Source of the DNA: Anaeromyxobacteraceae bacterium | Lineage (GTDB): Bacteria > Myxococcota > Myxococcia > Myxococcales > Anaeromyxobacteraceae | Assembly: GCA_032654565.1 (NCBI GenBank) | Contig: JAULAX010000006.1 | Coordinates: 1-40,059, forward strand | DNA length: 40,059 nt | Direction: 5' to 3' | Shown: positions 27,332-35,806 of the stretch, in pieces | Numbering within the stretch: position 1 is the first letter of the stretch | How the letters are laid out: each line of letters begins with the position of its first letter | Program-made: the position numbers and the translations under genes | Notes under the pieces: generated by a model | Told to the model about the DNA's origin: nothing | Databases searched by the model: none | Seen by the model: only the letters and a program-made list of their open reading frames with translations

Positions 27332-27978
27332 ACATCGAGGCCCTCGACGTGTCCATCAAGTCGGTCCGCATCCTGCGCGGCGCCTCGCTGCGCCTGGCCC
27401 CAGGGCAGCTGGCGGGCCTGATCGGCCGCAACGGCGCCGGGAAGACCACCCTGATGCGCGCCATCATCGGCGCCCTGCCGGCCACCGCCGGCGCCATCTC
27501 CCTGGAGGGGAAGTCGCTGAAGGGCGTGACCTCCTACCAGCGGGCCCGCCTCGGCGTCGGCTACATGCCGGAGGATCGCCGCATCATCCCCCAGCTCACC
27601 GTCGAGGAGAACATCCTCCTGCCGGCCTGGGCCTCCGGCGCGACCGCCGCCGCCGAGCGGCTGGCCCGCATCTACCAGCTGATCCCCGAGGTGGCGGCCC
27701 TCAAGGAGCGCAAGGGGCTCCAGCTCTCCGGCGGCCAGCAGAAGCTGGCGGCCCTGGCCCGGGCCTTCATGAGTGGCACCAAGGTCCTGCTCCTCGACGA
27801 GCCCTTCGAGGGCGTGGCCCCGGTGCTGGCCCAGCGGCTGGCCGAGGTGGTCGGCCAGCTCCGCACCGAGGGGCTCTCGGTCCTGCTCTCGGAGTCGGAT
27901 CTCTCCCACTCGAAGAACCTGCTCGACGTCGTCTACCAGATCGACCGTGGCCAGGTGAGCGGCCCGCCCGCCGCCTGA
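27325..27978 (+). CDS. LivF-like ATP-binding protein
   Basis: GRNGAGKT, LSGGQQK, LLDEPFEG. Confidence 0.92.
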   Translation: MLNIEALDVSIKSVRILRGASLRLAPGQLAGLIGRNGAGKTTLMRAIIGALPATAGAISLEGKSLKGVTSYQRARLGVGYMPEDRRIIPQLTVEENILLPAWASGATAAAERLARIYQLIPEVAALKERKGLQLSGGQQKLAALARAFMSGTKVLLLDEPFEGVAPVLAQRLAEVVGQLRTEGLSVLLSESDLSHSKNLLDVVYQIDRGQVSGPPAA

Positions 27979-27999
27979 CGCACGGAAGGAGCCGCATCC

Positions 28000-29127
28000 A
28001 TGAAGACCGTCGCCGCCGTGCTGCGGGCCGTGACCGAGCAGCGCCCCTACACCATCTCCAAGCCGCTCTACCTCGAGGAGGTGGAGCTGGGCGCGCCGCG
28101 CGCCGGCGAGCTGCTGGTCCGGATCGAGGCGGCCAGCGTCTGCCACTCCGACGTCTCGGTGGTCGACGGCTCCCGCCTCAGGCCGCTCCCCATGGCGCTG
28201 GGCCACGAGGCGGCCGGCGTCGTCGAGGAGGTCGGGCCGGGGGTGCGCGAGGTCAAGCCCGGCGACCACGTGGTGCTCACCTTCGTCCCCAGCTGCGGCT
28301 CCTGCCCGGAGTGCTCGTCGGGGCGGCCGGCCCTCTGCTCGCCCGGCGCCGCGGCCAACGGCGCCGGCACCCTGCTCCACGGACCGGCCTTGCTGCGCGA
28401 CGGCGCCGGCCAGGCCGTCCACCACCACCTCGGCATCAGCGGCTTCGCCCGCCACGCGGTGGTGGCCCGCGAGTCGGCGGTGGTCATCCCCGCCGACGTG
28501 CCGCTCCAGACCGCGGCCCTCTTCGGCTGCGCCGTGCTCACCGGCGCCGGGGCGGTGCTCAACACCGCCGCGGTCCGGCCCGGCCAGTCGGTGGCCGTCT
28601 ACGGCCTCGGCGGGGTGGGGCTGGCCTCGGTGATGGCCGCCCACGTGGCCGGAGCGACCACCATCGTGGCGGTCGATCCGGTGGAGTCCAAGCGGCGCCT
28701 GGCCCTGGAGATCGGCGCCACCCACGCCTTCACGCCGGGCGAGGCGGAGGCGGCGGTGAAGGAGCTGACCGGCGGCGGGGCCGAGTTCACCTTCGAGGCG
28801 GCCGGCGTCCCGGCGGTGATGGAGGCCGCCTTCCAGGCCACCCGCCGCGGGGGCACCACCGTAATCATGGGGCTGCCGCACCCGTCCAAGACCCTGACGC
28901 TGCCGGCCCTGGCCTTCGCCGGGCAGGGGAAGTCGGTGGTGGGCTCCTACATGGGCTCCTCCTCGCCGCAGCGGGACATCCCGCGCTACCTGGACCTGTG
29001 GAAGGGCGGGCGCATGCCGGTGGAGCGCCTGCAGAGCGCGACCCTGCCGCTCCGCCGGATCAACGAGGCCTTCGAGGCGCTGGCGTCCGGCGCGGCCGTG
29101 CGCCAAGTCCTGCTGCCGCAGGGATGA
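28000..29127 (+). CDS. Zn-dependent (MDR family) alcohol dehydrogenase
   Basis: CHSD, GHEAAG, CGSCPECSSGRPALC, FGCAVLTG, GLGGVG. Confidence 0.95.
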   Translation: MKTVAAVLRAVTEQRPYTISKPLYLEEVELGAPRAGELLVRIEAASVCHSDVSVVDGSRLRPLPMALGHEAAGVVEEVGPGVREVKPGDHVVLTFVPSCGSCPECSSGRPALCSPGAAANGAGTLLHGPALLRDGAGQAVHHHLGISGFARHAVVARESAVVIPADVPLQTAALFGCAVLTGAGAVLNTAAVRPGQSVAVYGLGGVGLASVMAAHVAGATTIVAVDPVESKRRLALEIGATHAFTPGEAEAAVKELTGGGAEFTFEAAGVPAVMEAAFQATRRGGTTVIMGLPHPSKTLTLPALAFAGQGKSVVGSYMGSSSPQRDIPRYLDLWKGGRMPVERLQSATLPLRRINEAFEALASGAAVRQVLLPQG

Positions 29128-29204
29128 ACCATGGCCATCAAGATGTTGAACCCGACAATCGGTTAACCGTTCAGTGATCCCAGCTGCCGCGAGGAGAGCG
29201 TTCC

Positions 29205-31055
29205 GTGAGGTTCCTGACCAGCTACCCCGCCGCCGATCCCGCCGCCGTTCTCTACCGGCGCTGCACCGTCGATCTTCGCAGTGGCGCCATGCGGCAGGAG
29301 GACGTCCCCTGCCGCAATCTGGAGGACGTCCTGGGCGGCTTCGGCCGCTCCTTCCAGCTGCTCGCGGAGCGCAAGATCGACGCCGCCTACTGCGACGAGA
29401 ACCCGCTGATCGTCAACACCGGGCTGCTCACCGGCACCAACGCCATGACCGGGATGCGCACCTACTTCTCCGGCTACAGCCCGCTCAAGGGATCGAGGAA
29501 GGGGCTGCCGGCGGCGATGTGGTCGGCGGGGAGCGGGAACTTCGGGGCCAAGTTCAAGTGGACCGGGCTCGACGAGCTGATCTTCGAGGGTCGCGCTGCC
29601 GAGCCGGTCTACGCGCTGATCCGGGAGGGGGCCGGGGGGCCGGTGGTGGAGCTGAAGCCGGCCGGGCACCTGCTCGGCCGGACCACCCACGACAAGATCA
29701 TGGCGCTGCACCAGCAGTATGCCGGCGCCCACTTCGCCGCCATCGGCCAGGCCGGGGAGCACTGGGCCACGAACTACATGGGGGCGGTGGCGCTCTCCAC
29801 CGACAACCAGCTGCGCTCCGGCGATGACAAGTGCCGCTTCGCCGGCCGGGGCGGCATGGGCAGCCTGATGGGCTACAAGAACGTCATCGCCCTGGTGGCC
29901 CAGGTCGGCGACAAGCTCAAGCCCGTCTCCGAGGCGGTGAAGAAGGTCAACATCAACGTGATCAAGGGAGGCGGCTCGGCCCGCTTGCAGCCCATCAAGC
30001 GAGGGGGCGGAGGCGGCACCTGGGCCAACTACGACGTGCTGCAGGCCTTCCACGCCGTGCCATTCAACAACTTCCGTCCCCAGGGAAACGACCTGCCCGA
30101 GGCGCTCTTCCGGGAGAACGTGGAGAAGGCCTACGAGATCAAGTCGGAGGCCTGCTGGCGCTGCGGGATCACCTGCCACAACAACGTCTACCAGAAGGGC
30201 GAGGACGGCAGCCGCGGCGAGTTCCTGGCCAAGTTCGACTACGAGCCGCTCAACCTGCTCGGCACCAACGTCGGCATCCACGATCCCGGCCAGGCGGCCC
30301 AGCTCATCAAGCTGGCCGACAATTACGGGATGGACTCGATCACCCTGGGCGTGACCGTCTCCTACGTCCTCTCCTACAACGAGCGGCACCCCGAGCAGCG
30401 GCTCCTCAACGGCGCGACCTTCGGCGACTTCGAGAAGATCCGCGAGCTCGTCATCGGGGCCGGAGAGGGGCGCCTGCCGGACGTCGGGCGAGGGTCGATG
30501 CGGCTCTCCGAGCGCACCGGGGAGACCTCCTACGCGTACCACGTGAAGGGCCTGGAGCTCCCGGCCTACCAGCCCGAGACCAACCCCGGCTACGCCTGGG
30601 CCATCGCCGGCGGGCACATGTCGATGGCGACCTACGGGCTGCTGACCCGGGAGGGGAAGTCCGACCTCGAGTCCTGGGTCAAGGGCATCACCCAGGACAA
30701 GCTCAACATCGTCGGCTTCGACATGATCGGGCTGTGCAAGTTCTTCGACATCGGCAAGGGGATCGGCACCCAGATGGTGGTCGACTGCCTGCAGAGCGAG
30801 TGCGGCCTCACGGTCAGCACCGCCGAGATCGCCAGCGCCGTGCGGCGGGCGTTCCTGCGTGGCCTCGCGCTGGAGCTCCGGCAGGGATACTCCAAGGACG
30901 AGTACACGCTGCCGGCCGAGGTGTTCGAGCGGCCCAACCCGAGCATCCAGCTCCCCCCGGCCGTCGCCTCCCCCCAGTTCTTCGCCGAGCTCTCGAAGCG
31001 GGTCTGGGAGGCCTTCGAGCCGGAGCTGGAAGGGCTGCTGCCAAGGTTGGGGTAA
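29205..31055 (+). CDS. aor: Aldehyde:ferredoxin oxidoreductase (W/Mo-pterin AOR family)
   Basis: AGRGGMGSLMGYKN, CWRCGITC (4Fe-4S), DYEP, DNYGMD, KGLELPAY, DMIGLCKF; RBS GAGGAG before GTG. Confidence 0.9.
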   Translation: MRFLTSYPAADPAAVLYRRCTVDLRSGAMRQEDVPCRNLEDVLGGFGRSFQLLAERKIDAAYCDENPLIVNTGLLTGTNAMTGMRTYFSGYSPLKGSRKGLPAAMWSAGSGNFGAKFKWTGLDELIFEGRAAEPVYALIREGAGGPVVELKPAGHLLGRTTHDKIMALHQQYAGAHFAAIGQAGEHWATNYMGAVALSTDNQLRSGDDKCRFAGRGGMGSLMGYKNVIALVAQVGDKLKPVSEAVKKVNINVIKGGGSARLQPIKRGGGGGTWANYDVLQAFHAVPFNNFRPQGNDLPEALFRENVEKAYEIKSEACWRCGITCHNNVYQKGEDGSRGEFLAKFDYEPLNLLGTNVGIHDPGQAAQLIKLADNYGMDSITLGVTVSYVLSYNERHPEQRLLNGATFGDFEKIRELVIGAGEGRLPDVGRGSMRLSERTGETSYAYHVKGLELPAYQPETNPGYAWAIAGGHMSMATYGLLTREGKSDLESWVKGITQDKLNIVGFDMIGLCKFFDIGKGIGTQMVVDCLQSECGLTVSTAEIASAVRRAFLRGLALELRQGYSKDEYTLPAEVFERPNPSIQLPPAVASPQFFAELSKRVWEAFEPELEGLLPRLG

Positions 31056-31173
31056 TCGGACCGCCGGGCGGGTCTTCGTCGGGCCGGGCGGGATCGCGGG
31101 CGGGTCGACGGGCGCATCCGGGCGGTCTTCCCGTGGGGCGGAGGTGTGGATGGGGATCCTGGAGGAGTACTTG

Positions 31174-31192
31174 TGACCTGCCCCCTGAAGAC
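31174..31192 (+). mobile_element. Probable IS3-family terminal remnant (continues at 32385-32407)
   Basis: Begins TGACCTGCCCCC, an end sequence I recognise from IS407-group elements; interrupted by IS630. Confidence 0.4.
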
Positions 31193-32384
31193 TAAACGAC
31201 CGTGCGCGATTCGAGATCAGGTAATTCGACTCGAGTCGCAGGAAGAAAGTTGAATGGGAAGGTTGCCCCATCGATCGTGGTGGTTGCGATGCCAACCCAG
31301 ACGACGAGGTCCTTCCCGTGCACAAGAGACCTCGGCTTGCCCGAGCCGCGCGACGCCGACTGATCACCCGAGGCCGAAAGACCAAGGACCCGCAGACCGC
31401 CCTCCGCTTCCTCATGATCGCCAAGCTCTCCCAAGGACTCTCCCGCCAGCAGGTCGCCCGCGACCTGGGGTGCTGGCCGTCCACGGTCGTGAAGGCGGCG
31501 CGGCGCTTTGCCGAGGCCGGCCAGGAGGGCCTGCTCGACCAGCGCGCCTTCAATGGCCCCACCAAGGTCGACGCTCGCTTCCGGGAAGAGCTGAAGCTGG
31601 TGCTGCACTCGGTCCCGACCGAACTGGGCTGGCGGCGCACCAACTGGACCCGCGAGCTGCTCAGCCTGGCGTTGGCGGATCGCGGGCTTCCGAGAGTTGC
31701 CGCATGCACCATGGGCCGAGCCCTCTCGGAGATCGGCGCGCGGCTCGGGATGCCCAAGCCCACCGTGCTCTGCCCGTGGGATTCGGCCCGCAGGAAACGC
31801 GTTCTGGCGAAGCTGCGCCACCTCGCCAAGTACGCCACCGAGGCCGAGCCGGTCTTCTACGAGGACGAGATGGACGTCCATCTCAACCCCAAGATCGGCC
31901 GCGACTGGATGCTGAAGGGCGAGCGGCGCTACGTCGTCACGCCCGGCCAGAGCAGGAAGCGCTTCGTCGCCGGCGCGCTCAACGCCAAGACCAAGAGGCT
32001 GACCTGGGTTGACGCGCCGTCCAAGGCCAGCGGCCTCTTCATGAAGCTGGTGTGGAAGCTGGCCGCCGAGTACCACAAGGCGAAGCGCATCCACCTCATC
32101 GTGGACAACTACATCATTCACTCGAGCAAGAAGACGCGGCGCTTCCTCGCCCAGTTCGGTGACCGGGTGAAGCTGCACTTTCTCCCGCCCTACTACCCCG
32201 ACGACAACCGCATTGAGCGCGTGTGGCTCGACCTGCACGCCAACGTGACGCGCAACCACCGCTGCAAGACGATCGGGGAGCTGATGATTCAAGTTGTCGC
32301 CTTCATGCGTGCCTTCAACCAGAAGAAGCTCAACCCTTCACTGAAGCCCGCGATTGCTGTTTCCGAATCGCGATCGGCCGTTTA
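31193..32384 (+). mobile_element. IS630-family element, intact
   Basis: TA-AACGACCGTGCGCGATTCG ... CGAATCGCGATCGGCCGTT-TA inverted repeats; TA duplicated within a CTAG target. Confidence 0.9.
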
Positions 32385-32385
32385 G
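31318..32385 (+). CDS. IS630 transposase
   Basis: HTH, NWT..LL, YEDE, IVDNYIIH, FLPPY...NRIERVW. Confidence 0.93.
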   Translation: MHKRPRLARAARRRLITRGRKTKDPQTALRFLMIAKLSQGLSRQQVARDLGCWPSTVVKAARRFAEAGQEGLLDQRAFNGPTKVDARFREELKLVLHSVPTELGWRRTNWTRELLSLALADRGLPRVAACTMGRALSEIGARLGMPKPTVLCPWDSARRKRVLAKLRHLAKYATEAEPVFYEDEMDVHLNPKIGRDWMLKGERRYVVTPGQSRKRFVAGALNAKTKRLTWVDAPSKASGLFMKLVWKLAAEYHKAKRIHLIVDNYIIHSSKKTRRFLAQFGDRVKLHFLPPYYPDDNRIERVWLDLHANVTRNHRCKTIGELMIQVVAFMRAFNQKKLNPSLKPAIAVSESRSAV

Positions 32386-32552
32386 GCGGCTTGAGGTATG
32401 CGTCCTCTAAACCAGAGTTCGTGATTCGCAATCACCGGAAAGGCCGGGGATCGGAAGGAGAAAGTTGAATGGCCTCGGTGGACAGGTGAGATCCGGCCAA
32501 CTGCGGACGGGTCAAAACCGGCCAATGGCCAGGACCCAGGACCAGTTCGCTT

Positions 32553-33308
32553 CTATCCCGCGGTGGCCTCGCTCTGCAACGTCTGACGGGTGCGCCAGCT
32601 CCTCGGCCCGCACTTGAGGACGTGGGCGTGGTGGAGAAGCCGGTCGAGGGCAGCAGCCACGGCGGCGACGTCGCCGAGCAGCTTTCCCCAGTCGTCGACG
32701 GGGCGGTTCGAGGTGATGAGGGTCGAGGCGCGCTCGTAGCGGCGCATGACCAGCTCGAGGAGGTCCTCGGCGGCCGTGTTCGGCAGCTTGCGCATGCCGA
32801 GGTCGTCGATGACGAGGAGCGGCACCGTGGCCAGCTCGGTGAAGCGCGCCTTGCGCGTGCCGTCGAGGCTGGCCTCGGCCAGCTCCTCCAGCAGCACGTG
32901 GGCCTCGCGGTAGAGCACCTTGTGCCCCTGCTGGATGGCGGCGTGGGCAATGCCCTGGGCGAGGTGGCTCTTGCCGGTGCCGGGCGGGCCGAGGAAGAGC
33001 GCGTCCTCGTGCTTGGCGATGAAGTGGCCGGCGGCGAGGTCGAAGACCGTCCGCCGGTCGAGCTTCCTGTTGAAGTCGAAGTCGAAGGTGTCGAGGGTCT
33101 TGCCGACGTCGCGGAAGCCGGCGCGCTTCACGCGTCGCTCGAGGAGCCGGTCCTGCCTGCGCTGCAGCTCGTCCTGGACGAGGGCGGAGATGAGGTCGAG
33201 CGGCGCCCAGTGGTCGGCCTGGGCCTGGACGATGCGTGGTTCGAGGGTGGCGGCCATGCCCGAGACGCGCAGTTGGCGGAGGGCACGGTTCACTTCGGTG
33301 AGGTTCAT
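32553..33308 (-). CDS. istB: IS21 helper ATPase IstB
   Basis: FDFDFN, GPPGTGKS, LVIDD, ITSN, LDRLLHH. Confidence 0.95.
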   Translation of the reverse strand: MNLTEVNRALRQLRVSGMAATLEPRIVQAQADHWAPLDLISALVQDELQRRQDRLLERRVKRAGFRDVGKTLDTFDFDFNRKLDRRTVFDLAAGHFIAKHEDALFLGPPGTGKSHLAQGIAHAAIQQGHKVLYREAHVLLEELAEASLDGTRKARFTELATVPLLVIDDLGMRKLPNTAAEDLLELVMRRYERASTLITSNRPVDDWGKLLGDVAAVAAALDRLLHHAHVLKCGPRSWRTRQTLQSEATAG

Positions 33309-34930
33309 TCTGGGCTCCTGGTCATGCGGTCGATGAGGTCGCGGTACTCGGTGAGCTGCCGGATGAGGGGATCGACTTGCTTGAGGCCGAGACGCAGCGG
33401 CGAGCCGCGCTCGAGGTAGCGCTTCACGAAGCGGTAGGTCGGGACGCCGATCTCCAGGGCGGCGTTGCAGGCGTCGTCGACGGTGGCGCCGCCGTGGCGC
33501 TTGGCGAGGGAGAGGAGGCCGAGAATTCGGCGCACGCCGTCTTCGCCGTCATCAGCGTGGATGCGCTGCGCCACCGTGCCGATATGCCGCCCGGCCAGGC
33601 TGGCGCGGGCCAGCACCTCGATGGTTGAGGGCGGCGTCTTCCTCGGCCGGTCCTCGGCCAGGATGGCGCGACGGCCGCGGTCGCGGCGCAGGTGCTCGCG
33701 CAGCAGCTGGCCGGTCTTGGGGTCGATGAGCCGCACCACGTGGCCGTCCCACTGCGCGTTCAGCTCGCGGCCGATCCAGCCGGGCGGCGGCGCGTAGTAG
33801 GCCCCCTCCACCTCGATGCAGCCGTCGAGGTGCACGGTGCGCTTGCCGAAGGCGTAGTAACGGAAGGGCTCGACCGGTAGCGGTCGCAGCGCCGGCTTCT
33901 CCTCGGCGAACATGGCGGCCACCTGGCGCTTGGTGGTGCCGTGGATGCGGGTGTCGGCCCAGCGCTCCTCCCAGCGATCCAGGTAGGCCTGCGCCTCCTC
34001 GATGGTCTCGAAGCGCATGCCCTTGAGCGGTGTCTTCTGGGCGTGCCCGACGCCGCTCTCGACCTTGCCCTTGCGGTCCGGGTGGCCGACCCGGGCCGGT
34101 AGCGCGACGACGCCGTAGTGCTTGAGCAGGTCGCGGAAGAGCGGGTTGAGGACCGGGTCGTAGATCTCCGGCTCGATGACGCCCTCGCGCAGGTTGTCGA
34201 GGACCACCACGCGCGGCACGCCGCCGAGCCGGCGGAAGGCCTGCTCATGCAGCTCGGCCCAGATCCGCGTCGAGGACTTGAAGGTGAGCAGCCGCACCGA
34301 CTTGCGGCTGAAGCCAAGCGTCATCACGAAGAGCCGGCTGCGGCGGTACTTGCCGGTCTCCGGGTAGCGGACCATCGGCCCCTCCCCGTAGTCCACCTGG
34401 GCCTCCTCGCCCGGCGGCGTGAAGATGCTCGGGTGGGCCTCCGGCGCGGCCGACGCCTTCAGCCGCCCCACGTAACGCTTCACCGAGGCGTACTTGGCGA
34501 GGAAGCCGTGGTCGTCGACCAGGGTCTGCCAGATGCCCATGGCGTTGCGCCCGGCGGCCAGGGCGCTCTCGACGAGCTCCCGGTAGGGCTCGCAGGCGCT
34601 GGCCGCCGGCGCGCGGCCGGGCCTGGCTGGCCAGGTGAGGTCGGTGGACACCCCGTTGGCCGGATTTGGCCCCTGGCCGGGGTCGGTGGACGGGTCGTTG
34701 GCCGGCTTTGCCTGGCCACAGGGGTCGGTGGACACCTCGTTGGCCGGATTCGCCGGCGGCTTGCGCCCCCACCCTCGCGGCGGGCGCACCGGCACCCCGG
34801 CCGCCTTGAGGTAGGCGCTCGCCGTCTCCCGGCGAACCCCCGTCGCCTCCTCAATGCGCCGCAGGGGCCAGTTCAGCCGGCCCAGCGCCACCACCTGCTG
34901 CTTCTTCTCGTCGCTCAAGACGTTGGCCAT
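33305..34930 (-). CDS. istA: IS21 transposase IstA
   Basis: PGEEAQVDYG, VLDN, PDRKGKVE, RIHGTT. Confidence 0.95.
   Translation of the reverse strand: MANVLSDEKKQQVVALGRLNWPLRRIEEATGVRRETASAYLKAAGVPVRPPRGWGRKPPANPANEVSTDPCGQAKPANDPSTDPGQGPNPANGVSTDLTWPARPGRAPAASACEPYRELVESALAAGRNAMGIWQTLVDDHGFLAKYASVKRYVGRLKASAAPEAHPSIFTPPGEEAQVDYGEGPMVRYPETGKYRRSRLFVMTLGFSRKSVRLLTFKSSTRIWAELHEQAFRRLGGVPRVVVLDNLREGVIEPEIYDPVLNPLFRDLLKHYGVVALPARVGHPDRKGKVESGVGHAQKTPLKGMRFETIEEAQAYLDRWEERWADTRIHGTTKRQVAAMFAEEKPALRPLPVEPFRYYAFGKRTVHLDGCIEVEGAYYAPPPGWIGRELNAQWDGHVVRLIDPKTGQLLREHLRRDRGRRAILAEDRPRKTPPSTIEVLARASLAGRHIGTVAQRIHADDGEDGVRRILGLLSLAKRHGGATVDDACNAALEIGVPTYRFVKRYLERGSPLRLGLKQVDPLIRQLTEYRDLIDRMTRSPE
34641..34750. 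repeat. Three 42-bp-period repeats inside istA
   Basis: TCGGTGGAC-N5-GTTGGCCGG at 34641, 34683 and 34725 (PANxxSTD peptide repeats). Confidence 0.8.
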
Positions 34931-35106
34931 CCCAGCGGTGGGCCATGCCCACTCGCGGTCGTCAACGTCCTGGGTCGTCAGCTCCGTTGGCCGGTTTTCA
35001 GACGTCCACCGCTGGCCGGATTAGCCCGTCCACCGAGGAAAGGGAAGGTCAACCCATCGATCGTTGCGCTTGCGAGGGCACCAACGACGCTGGAGGAGAC
35101 CTTCCC

Positions 35107-35806
35107 GTGCACAAGATACCGCGGCTTGACCGTGCCGCGCGACGCCGACTCATCACTCGAGGCCGAAGAACCAAGGATCCTCTCACCGCCCTGCGCTTCC
35201 TCATGATCGCCAAGCTCGGACAGGGACTCTCTCGACACCAGGTCGCACGCGACATCGGCTGCGTCCCGTCCACCGTCGTGAAGACGGCTCGGCGCTTCGT
35301 CGAGGATGGCGAGGAGGGGTTGCTCGACCGCCGGGCCTTCAACGGTACGACCAAGGTCGATGGCAACTTCAGGGAGACGCTGAAGCAGGTGCTCCACTCC
35401 GTGCCGACCGAGTTCGGCTGGCAGCGGACGACCTGGACGCGCGAGCTGCTCGGCCGCGAACTGGAGAGAAGGAAACTGCCACGGGTGGCCCCCTGCACGA
35501 TGGGCCGAGCGCTTTCGGCTATCGGCGCTCGGCTCGGCATGCCCAAGCCGTTCGTTTCTTGCCCGTGGGATTCGGCCCGCAGGAAGCGGGTTCTGCGTGA
35601 TCGCCGCCGCCTGGTGAGGAGCGCCACGCTGGAGGAGCCGGTCTTCTTCGAGGACGAGATGGACGTCCATCTCAACCCGAAGATCGGCCGCGACTGGGTG
35701 CTCAAGGGACAGCGCCGCTACGTCCGCACGCCGGGCCAGAACAAGAAGCGGTTCGTGGCCGGCGCGCTCAACGCCGCCACCGGCAAGCTGACCTGGGTGA
35801 CCGCGA
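35107..35806 (+). pseudogene. IS630 transposase, truncated before the second catalytic Asp
   Basis: Closely similar to 31318..32385 up to KLTWV, then joins the virB4 antisense strand. Confidence 0.88.

Larger units (their letters stand above)
32473..35038 (-). mobile_element. IS21-family element with CCTCGGTGGAC termini
   Basis: Inverted ends CCTCGGTGGAC...GTCCACCGAGG, imperfect 5-bp duplication AATGG/AAAGG, istA-istB. Confidence 0.9.
32408..35806 (+). mobile_element. Second IS630-family element, interrupted by IS21 and 3'-deleted
   Basis: Left end from TA at 32408; GAAAGTTGAATGG and, after the IS21, GAAGG..CCCATCGATCG match copy 1. No right end. Confidence 0.8.

Noticed and set aside
23370..27978. 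Branched-chain amino acid transport (livKHMGF symbols)
   Set aside because: HAAT-family importers carry many organic acids; family membership only.
29124..29204. ATG overlapping the adh stop, in frame with aor through TGA 29175-29177 (second selenocysteine?)
   Set aside because: The peptide MNHGHQDVEPDNRLTVQ has no AOR similarity or Cys-equivalent position, and the GTG at 29205 has its own RBS.
31065..31143. Cluster of GGGCGGG runs after aor (G-quadruplex?)
   Set aside because: Expected at this GC content; no independent support.
8209..35038. Composite transposon bounded by the two IS21 elements
   Set aside because: They are different elements with different ends, and each has its own target duplication.
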